64,000 bases of DNA, taken from IMG/VR virus record IMGVR_UViG_3300017714_002439; one strand, 5' to 3'. The notes beneath the pieces were generated by a model. It searched no databases, was not told where the DNA came from, and saw only the letters and a list, made by a program, of their open reading frames with translations. A program made the translations under genes and the position numbers. This document shows positions 1-9,303 of the stretch, in pieces; position 1 is the stretch's first letter, and every line of letters starts with the position of its first letter. The DNA is from a virus.

Positions 1-273
1 AAAGATGCGGCAACAATTTTGGGTGCTATTTTGGGAGCAGATATTGCCAACAAAAAAGGCGGCAAAAAAGTTATCATAGGCTACAAACAAGTTGAACAGT
101 GTGATATAATCAATCAAGTTGAATATCAAAATTTACCAGCTAAATATCGGGTAACTGTTAAAGTCCCAACCATGCAAAATGTTGAGCATGTGTTTATAAC
201 TACAGATCCATTATCTATTAACTCTAGAGTAGATGTGTATGTAGCCATAAGTATAAGAGTAAAAGACTTTTAA
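1..273 (+). CDS. Glycine-zipper-containing protein, 5'-truncated by the window edge
   Basis: Frame is open from base 1 (KDAATILGAILGADIANK), a glycine-zipper-like segment; stop at 273. Confidence 0.55.
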   Translation, partial: KDAATILGAILGADIANKKGGKKVIIGYKQVEQCDIINQVEYQNLPAKYRVTVKVPTMQNVEHVFITTDPLSINSRVDVYVAISIRVKDF

Positions 274-279
274 AACAAC

Positions 280-355
280 GCCGGTTTAGCTCAGTTGGTA
301 GAGCAACTGATTTGTAATCAGTAGGTCCGCAGTTCGAATCTGTGAATCGGCACCA
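280..355 (+). tRNA. tRNA-Thr(UGU)
   Basis: 76 nt; acceptor GCCGGTT/AATCGGC, anticodon arm ACTGA-TTTGTAA-TCAGT, TTCGAAT T-loop, encoded CCA. Confidence 0.97.
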
Positions 356-467
356 CTAACTACATAGAATATAAAAACATAGAAAAAGGCGACAGGACTG
401 CCGGGCTTAAATGCCTTACTAGGAAATACAAATAGACAAGACATTAACAAAAAATTATAAACAGTTT

Positions 468-543
468 GGGGGATTAGCTCAGATGGGAGAGCGCCTGATT
501 TGCATTCAGGAGGTCGTCAGTTCGATCCTGATATCCTCCACCA
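468..543 (+). tRNA. tRNA-Ala(UGC)
   Basis: 76 nt; acceptor GGGGGAT/ATCCTCC with the G3:U70 alanine identity pair, anticodon arm CCTGA-TTTGCAT-TCAGG, encoded CCA. Confidence 0.97.
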
Positions 544-549
544 AAACTC

Positions 550-576
550 AAACCCTGCCATAGTGCAGGGTTTTTT
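550..576 (+). terminator. Intrinsic terminator after the tRNA pair
   Basis: AAACCCTGC-catagt-GCAGGGTTT followed by a T run. Confidence 0.8.
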
Positions 577-584
577 ATTATAGG

Positions 585-595
585 TAAATATTAAT
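585..595 (+). promoter_or_regulatory. Putative late promoter TAAATA-N5 abutting the start codon (leaderless)
   Basis: TAAATA ttaat ATG(596); no room for a Shine-Dalgarno sequence. Confidence 0.65.
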
Positions 596-1528
596 ATGAA
601 CATAGCAATATATCAAACAGTAAACGCACATGCACCAGCAATTCACTGGTGGCTTGCAAATGATTCAAGATTTGGACCTCAAATATATTTGGGAAAAGAT
701 CCACTCAGAGACACTCCTACTACAAAAGATGTTATAGGAACTATTGTTCAAGAAATGAGAAATCCAAGCAGCGAATCCATTACAGAAGAACTTTATGAAA
801 TCCATCAAGAGTCATTGAGAAAAATGGAAAACCTACAAACTGACACTGGAGTATCATATTGCACAAAGGAATATTTTGAATATGGTAAAACTTTTGAATA
901 TCCGGTTTGGAGTAATTATTTTGGAAATACTAAAAATAAAACTGCCTCGCCATATTGTGATAAACTTATTTTTGCTAAGTCTAAAAAAGGCGAAGATCCT
1001 ATGTTCTATATAACGCAATATGCATACCAAGGATTTTTTGGAGTGAAGGATGTTAAATCACATAGTGAATTATGGTGGAAAGATCATATGTTCATGGATG
1101 GAAATACTGTAGGTTATGGTATGACTGAAAAATGGAAAGAAATATGGTATGCAAAATACGAAGATCAATGCATACAAGATTTCCATGATGGCAAACTAAA
1201 ATATATGTGGCAACTAAACCAATCTCATTGGGATTTGTTTCATTGTTTACTAGAAGGCAAAGAAAGTATTATACTTGACTATAGTGAAGAAAAATTGTTG
1301 GCACGTTGTGATGATACACAAGTATTAGTAAATCAAGCTAATAGATTAAACGCATTACCAGAAAATTCATTAGTTGTTGAAATAGACTGGTATGAAAATC
1401 CTAATATTATCCTTGATTATTTAGAGGTAAGCAATAGCCCTGAATTAACATCAGCAGTTGCTTTATACAAAGAACGATTTCTCAAAGTTCGAGAAGCATA
1501 CAACAAAAAATTTAACGCCAGCGTTTAA
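596..1528 (+). CDS. Hypothetical protein (310 aa)
   Basis: Long ORF with a TAAATA-N5-ATG start; no motif confidently recognised. Confidence 0.65.
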   Translation: MNIAIYQTVNAHAPAIHWWLANDSRFGPQIYLGKDPLRDTPTTKDVIGTIVQEMRNPSSESITEELYEIHQESLRKMENLQTDTGVSYCTKEYFEYGKTFEYPVWSNYFGNTKNKTASPYCDKLIFAKSKKGEDPMFYITQYAYQGFFGVKDVKSHSELWWKDHMFMDGNTVGYGMTEKWKEIWYAKYEDQCIQDFHDGKLKYMWQLNQSHWDLFHCLLEGKESIILDYSEEKLLARCDDTQVLVNQANRLNALPENSLVVEIDWYENPNIILDYLEVSNSPELTSAVALYKERFLKVREAYNKKFNASV

Positions 1529-1719
1529 TTCTTTTTTAGTTTTATATAAGACTCGTCTAATTTTATATAGATACAATCTACAGCAGAGTTCTTAGACTTT
1601 ACAATTACATGTGCCTTACTTAATTCAGCAACACAATCTTCTTTTGTAGGAAATGTGCCTAAGTGATAATTTTCCATGTTACCTCCGGCTGTTACACCTA
1701 ACCATAATAGTATCCACAT
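1525..1719 (-). CDS. Small hypothetical protein with hydrophobic N-terminus
   Basis: AGGTGG RBS before ATG; directly follows the upstream minus-strand gene. Confidence 0.55.
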   Translation of the reverse strand: MWILLWLGVTAGGNMENYHLGTFPTKEDCVAELSKAHVIVKSKNSAVDCIYIKLDESYIKLKKN

Positions 1720-1720
1720 C

Positions 1721-2203
1721 TTACCACCTACCCTGGCCTACACCTATAAGCCAAATAATAAAGCCAACAATTAATGCCACTCCTGCTGCGAGAGATAAAC
1801 CTATAATCCATTCAATGATTAATTGTTTACGTTCTTCTGCTTTATAAATTGCTTCTTTACGTTCGTTACGCATTTGTGCTTCTATTCCAACAATTTCTTT
1901 CCATGCAGAAGGTCCGTAAAATAAACTAATATGAGAACGTAATTCTTCACGCATTTCTTTTGCTTTTTGTTTATGCCCCCAAACTTCTAGAGCATTTTGC
2001 TCAACTTGGCTTGCACCAAATAGTTTTTTAAACATCGGAGGATTTTCTGCTTGTCGGTGTGCAAAATCTAAATCACTCATTGCTCCTGCCCACTTTTGTA
2101 ATGAGCCTGCCATATCATGTAAGTTTTTGCCTGTGTCTATAGCTGATTTAATGCCACGATATGCAGCGGTTGCCATCCCTATGGCGGATACTGGATCAAT
2201 CAT
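1721..2203 (-). CDS. Hypothetical coiled-coil protein with C-terminal transmembrane helix
   Basis: Start trimmed to MIDPVSAIG (2203); hydrophobic C-terminal segment LIIEWIIGLSLAAGVALIVGFIIWLIG. Confidence 0.65.
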   Translation of the reverse strand: MIDPVSAIGMATAAYRGIKSAIDTGKNLHDMAGSLQKWAGAMSDLDFAHRQAENPPMFKKLFGASQVEQNALEVWGHKQKAKEMREELRSHISLFYGPSAWKEIVGIEAQMRNERKEAIYKAEERKQLIIEWIIGLSLAAGVALIVGFIIWLIGVGQGRW

Positions 2204-2288
2204 TTTGGTGGTCACTTTCGTTGGTGGTATCAGATCGGATACATAAATATTTAAGTAGTATTTTATCGGCATAAACCAAGTATTTAAC

Positions 2289-2317
2289 TTGACATATGCA
2301 TAAAAACGTTATATACT
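2289..2317 (+). promoter_or_regulatory. Sigma70-type promoter for the yhhQ-proXW-tauD operon
   Basis: TTGACA-17 nt-TATACT. Confidence 0.75.
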
Positions 2318-2369
2318 TAACACACTTATTCATAATTTAAAGAGTAAGTCAACAAGGAGAAAAACTAAT

Positions 2370-2984
2370 ATGTTTACAAAACTTTTAGAAGGTGTAGACA
2401 AGACTCTAATTAGGAATCTTGTAATTCTACACACATTAGTAATTGCGGTAAGCAACTACTTAGTAACAATCAGATTTGATGTATTTCCAGGAGCAGAATT
2501 GCCCTTGTTTGGATCATTTCCACTAGCGGCTGCGGCGTTTACGTTTCCGATCGTTGTGGTAGCAACTGACCTAACAGTTAGGCTAGTTGGTAAAGAAGCA
2601 GGAAGAGCCGTTGTTGCAATGGCAATTATTCCGGCTATCGTTGCATCGGTACTTGTGCTATTAGCACTAGGCGATGAACATGCTTATAGAGTAGGTTTAG
2701 CAAGCGGAACAGCCTATGCAGTTGGAACAATGCTTGACGTATATGTATTCCAATATATCAGAGAAAAGTATACAGACATGTGGTGGGCGGCTCCGGCTTT
2801 GTCTACTGTTGTAGCAAACATTATTGATACGTATGCTTTCTTTTATACGGCATTTTATCCGGCGCCATGGGTAGGACCAGTAGCATTTAACAATACACTT
2901 ACTAAAATTGTAATTGGTTTGGTTGTATTTTTACCTGCTTATGGCTTACTACTAAGCTATCTTAAAAATAAAGTAAAACAATAA
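2370..2984 (+). CDS. yhhQ: VUT-family 7-deazaguanine (preQ0/preQ1) transporter, YhhQ-like
   Basis: Motifs LHTLVIAVSNYLV, FTFPIVVVATDLTVRL and DVYVFQ match YhhQ; multiple TM helices; AGGAG RBS. Confidence 0.85.
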   Translation: MFTKLLEGVDKTLIRNLVILHTLVIAVSNYLVTIRFDVFPGAELPLFGSFPLAAAAFTFPIVVVATDLTVRLVGKEAGRAVVAMAIIPAIVASVLVLLALGDEHAYRVGLASGTAYAVGTMLDVYVFQYIREKYTDMWWAAPALSTVVANIIDTYAFFYTAFYPAPWVGPVAFNNTLTKIVIGLVVFLPAYGLLLSYLKNKVKQ

Positions 2985-2994
2985 CGGAGAAAAA

Positions 2995-3975
2995 ATGAAA
3001 AGACTACTCGCCATTATGGCAATAGCTTTAGCAATGACACCCATTGCTAAAGCAGATGAAATTAAAATTGCTGAATTAAATTGGCAATCAGGATCAATGA
3101 TAGCCAATATTGATGCTTATATTCTAAAACATGGATATGAACATGATACAGAACTTGTTCCTGGTGGTATAGATGCCACTATTGCTTCTATGATGGCAAC
3201 AGGTTCACCAAACATATTTGGTGAGGCTTGGACTTCGTTACTAGGTGATGATGCTACACTTAATATTAAATCAAGTGATGAAGATTCACTTACGCAACTC
3301 AGAGATGAGGTTGTAGTAGGAGCAGGCGAAGGCTGGTATGTTCCAGATTATATTGTAGAACAATATGGATTAAATACCATCGCTGATGTATTAGCAAGAC
3401 CAGATTTATTCCCACATCCAGAAGATTCAAGCAAAGGCGGAATTGTAATTTGTCCAGAAGGTTGGAGTTGTAAAAAGCACAACGAAAACTTATTCCGTGC
3501 ATTTGATATGGAAGCAAAAGGCTGGAAGATTATTGATCCTGGCTCAGGCACAGGCCTAAATGCATATTGGGAAGGACAAGTTCTAAAACAAGCTGGCGTG
3601 TTTGGATATTATTGGGCACCTACAGTATTAGTAGGTCGCTTAGGAATGGTTAAACTAGATTCAGACCTTGAATTTGATTCAGCACATTGGAGTGATTGTA
3701 TTGCACAATTAGAATGTGCAGATCCAAAACCAATGAACTGGCCAAGTGCAGAAACAGGAACTATTGTAACGCCAGGTATTGACATCGAAGTAGCTAATTA
3801 TCTAACAGCTCGTGGATTAGATGGAAGTGTAATTACTTCTATGCTAGTTTGGGCAGATGATAATCAAGCCACAGCAGAAGACATGGCAATTGAGTTCTTA
3901 AAACGCTATCCGGAGATTTGGAATAATTGGGTAACCACTGAAGCGGCCAACAAAATTACTAAAGCATTACAATGA
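2995..3975 (+). CDS. proX: Glycine betaine/proline ABC transporter substrate-binding protein
   Basis: Signal peptide; IAELNWQS, GWYVPDYI, CPEGWSC and YYWAPT motifs of the OpuAC/ProX family. Confidence 0.85.
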   Translation: MKRLLAIMAIALAMTPIAKADEIKIAELNWQSGSMIANIDAYILKHGYEHDTELVPGGIDATIASMMATGSPNIFGEAWTSLLGDDATLNIKSSDEDSLTQLRDEVVVGAGEGWYVPDYIVEQYGLNTIADVLARPDLFPHPEDSSKGGIVICPEGWSCKKHNENLFRAFDMEAKGWKIIDPGSGTGLNAYWEGQVLKQAGVFGYYWAPTVLVGRLGMVKLDSDLEFDSAHWSDCIAQLECADPKPMNWPSAETGTIVTPGIDIEVANYLTARGLDGSVITSMLVWADDNQATAEDMAIEFLKRYPEIWNNWVTTEAANKITKALQ

Positions 3976-3976
3976 C

Positions 3977-4846
3977 ATGAATTTTCCATCGTTAGATAAA
4001 GGAACTATAACTAGTTTTAAAAAATCAATCGATGCAACGTTTAGAGAATTTGCGGCAAATTGGGGAGAGTGGTTTACAGACTTGCTCTCCCCATTACAAT
4101 GGCTACTAATACATTTTGAAAAACTACTATTGTCTACACCTTGGTGGGTGTTTTTAATTATAGTAAGTCTGTTAATATGGAAAGCAACAACAAATTGGAA
4201 ACTTATTATAGGTTTCCTTACTAGTTTTATAGCAATTGGATTAGTTGGCATGTGGAACGACACAATGCAAACACTAGCAATTGTTATTGTATCTACTCTT
4301 GTTTGTATTATAATTGGTATACCTACTGGTATATTAATGGCAAAAAACAAAACAGTAGAAAGAATTATAACACCAATCTTAGACTTAATGCAAACTATTC
4401 CAAGTTTTGTATATCTAATTCCAGTAGTAATGTTATTTGGATTAGGCAAGGTTCCAGGATTAATAGCAATAGTTGTATTTGCTATTCCACCTGTGATTAG
4501 ATTTACAAACATTGGATTAAAACAAGTAGATAAACATTTAGTAGAAACAGCACATGCATTAGGATTAAAACCAAAGCATGTATTAGCTCTTATTGAATTA
4601 CCACTAGCACGTAATGTTATATTAGGTGGAGTAAATCAAACAGTTATGATGGCACTAGCAATGGTAGTAATTGCAAGTATGATTGGAGTGCGTGGATTAG
4701 GATCACAAGTAATGAACTCAATAGGCAATGGATACTTAGGCCTAGGAGTTATAAGTGGATTAAGTATTGTTGCACTAGCAATTATTATAGATAGAGTTAT
4801 ACAATCACACAATAAAAAATATGACAAATGGCGTGATTATAAATAA
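3977..4846 (+). CDS. proW: Glycine betaine/proline ABC transporter permease
   Basis: PILDLMQTIPSFVYLIPVVMLFGLG and an EAA-like loop (LVETAHALG); ALAMVVIASMIG. Confidence 0.9.
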   Translation: MNFPSLDKGTITSFKKSIDATFREFAANWGEWFTDLLSPLQWLLIHFEKLLLSTPWWVFLIIVSLLIWKATTNWKLIIGFLTSFIAIGLVGMWNDTMQTLAIVIVSTLVCIIIGIPTGILMAKNKTVERIITPILDLMQTIPSFVYLIPVVMLFGLGKVPGLIAIVVFAIPPVIRFTNIGLKQVDKHLVETAHALGLKPKHVLALIELPLARNVILGGVNQTVMMALAMVVIASMIGVRGLGSQVMNSIGNGYLGLGVISGLSIVALAIIIDRVIQSHNKKYDKWRDYK

Positions 4847-4867
4847 CTATATAAAGGAGAATTGAGC

Positions 4868-5713
4868 ATGGAAAAACAGATAAAAGATTTTACAGATGAA
4901 GAAATGCTTAACGAAGCAACACGTATATTAACAGAAGGATTTACGTTGTATTACGATCAACAATTTACTATGGGTGAGTTAGTTGAATATTGTGGCAGAA
5001 TAGGAAGCACAGATGATGACATGCTAGGTTATATGCAGTTTAACCCAGAAGAACATCCTGATATTTCTATTGTATCTCCAAAGCCAGATATGTTACTTGG
5101 TCATTGTGATTTAGAATGGCATTCAAATGGAACAGTGCATCATGTGGTTGATGGTGTTTGGGAACACAAAGAATGGTTAATTTGTTTGTATTGTGTAGAC
5201 TATTGTCCTGATACAGTATTGTCAGTGAGTAACAACAGAGACGCATTTTTGGAACTACCCGAAGAAGAAAAACAATGGTGGCGCGGTGTTGAAGTGCAAT
5301 TAAACAACAACGGTGGAAGTATAATGGGTCAATATTGGAACCCACCAAACAAATCAGATGCGGCAAAAACAGCACGAATGGAAAAGTATGTTCAAGCACC
5401 AAAACATGAAGGTGACAGTAGAATGCCAGTAGTTAATACTCATCCTATTGGTGGACAAGAATTTTTATATTGGCAACCGCCTTTGATTAGTAAAGCATGG
5501 CACAATGGAGAACGAATAGATATTAAGCCATTGCAGAAAAAGTTTGATGCAGTTATTAATAGAACAAAATATATTAAAGACATTGTGTTTAGACCCGGAG
5601 ACATATTAATTATGGATCAATTTTACACACTACATAGACGTTCTCCAATATTAGATAAAAATAGAGAACTATGGAGAGTAGCAATAGACTACAAACATAC
5701 TATTGATAAGTAG
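4868..5713 (+). CDS. TauD/TfdA-family Fe(II)/2-oxoglutarate dioxygenase-like protein (HxN variant)
   Basis: LEWHSN, PVVNTHP, GDILIMDQFYTLHRR and RELWRV motifs; ATG 4868 follows AAGGAGA. Confidence 0.75.
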   Translation: MEKQIKDFTDEEMLNEATRILTEGFTLYYDQQFTMGELVEYCGRIGSTDDDMLGYMQFNPEEHPDISIVSPKPDMLLGHCDLEWHSNGTVHHVVDGVWEHKEWLICLYCVDYCPDTVLSVSNNRDAFLELPEEEKQWWRGVEVQLNNNGGSIMGQYWNPPNKSDAAKTARMEKYVQAPKHEGDSRMPVVNTHPIGGQEFLYWQPPLISKAWHNGERIDIKPLQKKFDAVINRTKYIKDIVFRPGDILIMDQFYTLHRRSPILDKNRELWRVAIDYKHTIDK

Positions 5714-5725
5714 AAAGGTATTTAC

Positions 5726-6604
5726 ATGAGTATTAAAAAATTACAAGACTACACTGATACAGAATTAAAAGAAGCAATGTATCAATGTGCTTCTGATGGA
5801 TATATATTACTTCATGATCAAGAATTTACTAGACAAGAATTAGTTGAAGTAAGTAGACGCATTGGTGATACAAATGATTCAAACCCATCAATGGGGCATA
5901 TGCAGTTTAATCCAGAAGATACACCAGATCTTTCTTTAATTACATCACAGCCAACTGGAACTGATCCACATGGCATGTTTGGTCCATCAGATTTATTATA
6001 TCATCATGATTTTGGAGTATGTCATTTTGGTGAATTCAAAGAACTACTAACAGGACTATATTGTGTAGGTTCGTGTCCAGATACAGTATTAAGTTTAATG
6101 AACACACAAGTTGCATTTAACTATTTGTCTGAGGAAGAAAAAGAATGGTGGCGTGGTGTTGAGACACAATTGAATCAAGGTTCACATGGAATATATGGAA
6201 CACCTGAAGAACACAATAGAGACCCTAGTTTAAAAGGTTACAAAGTTTTTAAACATACAGATGAAAGACAAAAAGTAATTAACATTCACCCGTATACTGA
6301 TAAAGAAATTATGCTATGGCAACCTGCATTTCTTGACAAGGCATGGCACAATGACGTGCCGCTTGACATAGAAGAATTAAAAGAGAAGTTCTTAAAGGAC
6401 CTATACAAAGGTAAGAACATAACTGACTTTGTTCTTAGAGAAGGCGACTTTTTAATATGTGACCAATTACTTACATTACATAGACGCAGTTGGGTTAAAA
6501 GTCTTGATAGAATGATATGGCGAACAGCATTTGATTATACTAATATACTTGGCCCTAATAAATCATATGATCCAGAAATAGAAAAACTAAAAGTAGTAAA
6601 ATAA
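5726..6604 (+). CDS. TauD/TfdA-family Fe(II)/2-oxoglutarate dioxygenase
   Basis: LLYHHD (HxD), GDFLICDQLLTLHRR and RMIWRT; clear paralogue of the preceding gene (both carry MQFNPE and EEEK.WWRGVE). Confidence 0.8.
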   Translation: MSIKKLQDYTDTELKEAMYQCASDGYILLHDQEFTRQELVEVSRRIGDTNDSNPSMGHMQFNPEDTPDLSLITSQPTGTDPHGMFGPSDLLYHHDFGVCHFGEFKELLTGLYCVGSCPDTVLSLMNTQVAFNYLSEEEKEWWRGVETQLNQGSHGIYGTPEEHNRDPSLKGYKVFKHTDERQKVINIHPYTDKEIMLWQPAFLDKAWHNDVPLDIEELKEKFLKDLYKGKNITDFVLREGDFLICDQLLTLHRRSWVKSLDRMIWRTAFDYTNILGPNKSYDPEIEKLKVVK

Positions 6605-8031
6605 TGTTAAAACAAAAACAACCACCATTAAGTGATGATCAAATATTTTTGAGTTCATCAACAGAGCAAATTACATGGGGAGAGCTACACGCTAACCTTG
6701 ACGCTAAGATTGAGCGTTTAAAAGAATGTGGGATTGGTCCACATGTTGTATTTGTAGTTGCAGAAAATCAAGTTACAATAGATGATTATTTGTGGATACT
6801 TGCTAGTATAAAAAATGGTGGAAGTGCAACACAGGCAGATGGTAGACAAAGTAAGATGGAATTAGATGGGTTAATAGCAGGATCTAAAGCAGTATGTATT
6901 ATACGAAGCAACGAGATCACCATGCTAACAGACGATTTGACACCCACAATACTACATCCACTAGAGATTTACAGAGGTATGACAAGTGGAACTACAGTTA
7001 AAGAGTTTTTTGAAATGTATCCTTTCTTTTGGGATTATGAAGATCACGAACTAGCAATTGTAGACGGAGAAACACTATTAGGTTGCACAGCACATGCATC
7101 AACTCAACATTTATTTGCTATTGCTCCAGAGTTTGAAAAAGACGAACGCCCAAAGATACTTTGCACACATGGATTTACAGCAACATACAATCCATACAAC
7201 TTGTTAAGAATGTATTATGTTGGAGGAGGGTTACACTTCCTAAACTACGGAGATGATGTCCCAGAACAAATACGCAAAGCAAATCCTAATTGTTGTATTT
7301 CATATCCTATTGCAGTTAAAAATATCGTAGATGCATGTCCAGATGATTTTAATTGGAGTGGCATTAAATATTGGGAATGTTCAGGCGGACATACACCCGA
7401 ATCAGTTGTGCGTAGTATTGAAAAGAAGTTTAACTTTGTATGTATGCATAATATGATGGCGTCAACAGAAGCAGACTGTCATTCACGTGCAGAATACAGA
7501 CCAGGTGATCCAATAGAAAACTTTTATGGATTCAAACATAGAATATACAATGGCGATCTTAAACTAGACGAAGAAGGTGTTTTGTGGTATAAGTATGGAA
7601 CACGTGATTGGCAAACAGACGGTGATAAGTTTGATGACAAAGATGGAGTATGGTTTTACAAAGGTAGAGCATTTGATGATGTTATCTTTATGAAAGGTGG
7701 CGTTAAGATTTACACAGGAATGATTGAAGCAAAAGCATTAGAAACTTTAGGTGTAGAAAATGTTGCTAGTTGCAGTAAAGATGAATTACATTACTTAATA
7801 TATACGGGCAGTGCTAATGCATATGATGTAGCAACTAGTTTTAAAGCAATGCAACCATCAAAAAGACCACATGAAATATATCATGTTACTGATAAATTAT
7901 TCTTTGGACAAACAGACGATACTAGAACTCCGCAAAAGCTACAAAAAAGTAAATTAGCAGGAATTGTTTTAAACGGACCACAAGATCAAATACTAAGTCA
8001 TATGCATGTAAAGGATCATTCACTAGTATGA
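6604..8031 (+). CDS. Adenylate-forming (AMP-binding/acyl-CoA ligase-like) enzyme, divergent
   Basis: MTSGTT P-loop-like motif, SGGH, ASTE, TDGDK and KGR..DVI.MKGG motifs; translationally coupled (TAATG). Confidence 0.6.
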   Translation: MLKQKQPPLSDDQIFLSSSTEQITWGELHANLDAKIERLKECGIGPHVVFVVAENQVTIDDYLWILASIKNGGSATQADGRQSKMELDGLIAGSKAVCIIRSNEITMLTDDLTPTILHPLEIYRGMTSGTTVKEFFEMYPFFWDYEDHELAIVDGETLLGCTAHASTQHLFAIAPEFEKDERPKILCTHGFTATYNPYNLLRMYYVGGGLHFLNYGDDVPEQIRKANPNCCISYPIAVKNIVDACPDDFNWSGIKYWECSGGHTPESVVRSIEKKFNFVCMHNMMASTEADCHSRAEYRPGDPIENFYGFKHRIYNGDLKLDEEGVLWYKYGTRDWQTDGDKFDDKDGVWFYKGRAFDDVIFMKGGVKIYTGMIEAKALETLGVENVASCSKDELHYLIYTGSANAYDVATSFKAMQPSKRPHEIYHVTDKLFFGQTDDTRTPQKLQKSKLAGIVLNGPQDQILSHMHVKDHSLV

Positions 8032-8717
8032 ATGTTACCAATTCATTAACAACACGCAAATCTACACGTGCTTACACTAATAAAAAAGTAGAAGTATCAT
8101 TAGTTAACGCTATTTTAAAACAAGCGATGCTATCACCTAGTGGAGATAATCATCAACCTTGGCAAGTAGCAGTATTAACAGGTAAAGCAAAAGCTAACCT
8201 ATGTAGTAAATTAGAACAAGCATTTCGATCTGGTGTAAAACCTATTATGGATTATGAATATTATCCACAAAATAAAAAGTCTGAAAAAGAAACAAAATGG
8301 TTTGGCGAGTATAAAGATAATAGAAAAGAATGTGGACTAGCATTATATTCTCAACTAGGCATCACTAGAAAAATGAAAAAAGAAAAAGACGACTTATATG
8401 CTAAAAACTATAGAGCCTTTGATGCACCGGTTATGTTATTATTCTTTATTGATAGAGAACTAGGCTACGGATCCTATGTTGACTATGGAATGTTCTTGCA
8501 AAGTATTATGTTACTAGCAACAGAACATGGATTAGCAACTTGCCCACAAGGCTCACTTAGTGAATATGGAAATATTGTAAGACAGGAATTGCCAGAACAC
8601 AAAGATAAAATAGTATTATGTGGAATGAGCATGGGATATGAAGATAAAGATAGCCTTATAAATAAATATAGAACAACAAGGCAACCAATATCAAAGAAAG
8701 TAAAATATTATGACTAA
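8028..8717 (+). CDS. Nitroreductase-family flavoprotein
   Basis: RKSTRAY, SPSGDNHQPW, FDAPV, LATCPQG and GMSMGY motifs. Confidence 0.9.
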   Translation: MNVTNSLTTRKSTRAYTNKKVEVSLVNAILKQAMLSPSGDNHQPWQVAVLTGKAKANLCSKLEQAFRSGVKPIMDYEYYPQNKKSEKETKWFGEYKDNRKECGLALYSQLGITRKMKKEKDDLYAKNYRAFDAPVMLLFFIDRELGYGSYVDYGMFLQSIMLLATEHGLATCPQGSLSEYGNIVRQELPEHKDKIVLCGMSMGYEDKDSLINKYRTTRQPISKKVKYYD

Positions 8718-9303
8718 GAAATGGTTAGACGAAGTATATGGTAAAACTAACAGTGAGTTATATGATAACTGGAACAATTATCATGAACAAGTTATAGATG
8801 GACTAGGCTGGAAGTGTCATATATTAGCAGCACAATGGATTGCTGATAACTTTGCAGAAGGAACAGAAGTTGCAGACATTGGATGTGGTAATGGACAAGT
8901 TGGAATAGGACTGCAAGCACATGATTACAAAATAGATGGATACGATATAAATCAACCTATGCTTGATAGATTTATAGCAAAGAATTACAGGTCAATACAA
9001 ATACATGATATAACTAAAGCACCACTACCTAAAAAATATAAATGTATAACAGCAATAGGTGTATTAACAATAGGACATGTTGATGCTAGTGCTTCAAAGA
9101 ATCTAGCTGATAGTTTAACTGATGATGGACTATTGTATTGTAGTATGGGCAAACATAATGTGGATTGGTATTTTGAAGGCGGGTGGAGTTCTCAAAAAGA
9201 TTTAGAAGTTATTAAAATTGAACCTATACATAGTTTAACTACACCAGAAGGTAATAAGCAATATCATAATATGATTACCTTTAAGAAGTCAAAAAAGACT
9301 TAA
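8710..9303 (+). CDS. Class I SAM-dependent methyltransferase
   Basis: VADIGCGNG SAM-binding motif; GYDINQPML. Confidence 0.85.
   Translation: MTKKWLDEVYGKTNSELYDNWNNYHEQVIDGLGWKCHILAAQWIADNFAEGTEVADIGCGNGQVGIGLQAHDYKIDGYDINQPMLDRFIAKNYRSIQIHDITKAPLPKKYKCITAIGVLTIGHVDASASKNLADSLTDDGLLYCSMGKHNVDWYFEGGWSSQKDLEVIKIEPIHSLTTPEGNKQYHNMITFKKSKKT

Noticed and set aside
356-467. GC-rich patch between tRNA-Thr and tRNA-Ala (AAGGC...GCCTT)
   Set aside because: Only a 5-bp stem; no cloverleaf, T-loop or CCA. Not enough to call an RNA or tRNA remnant.
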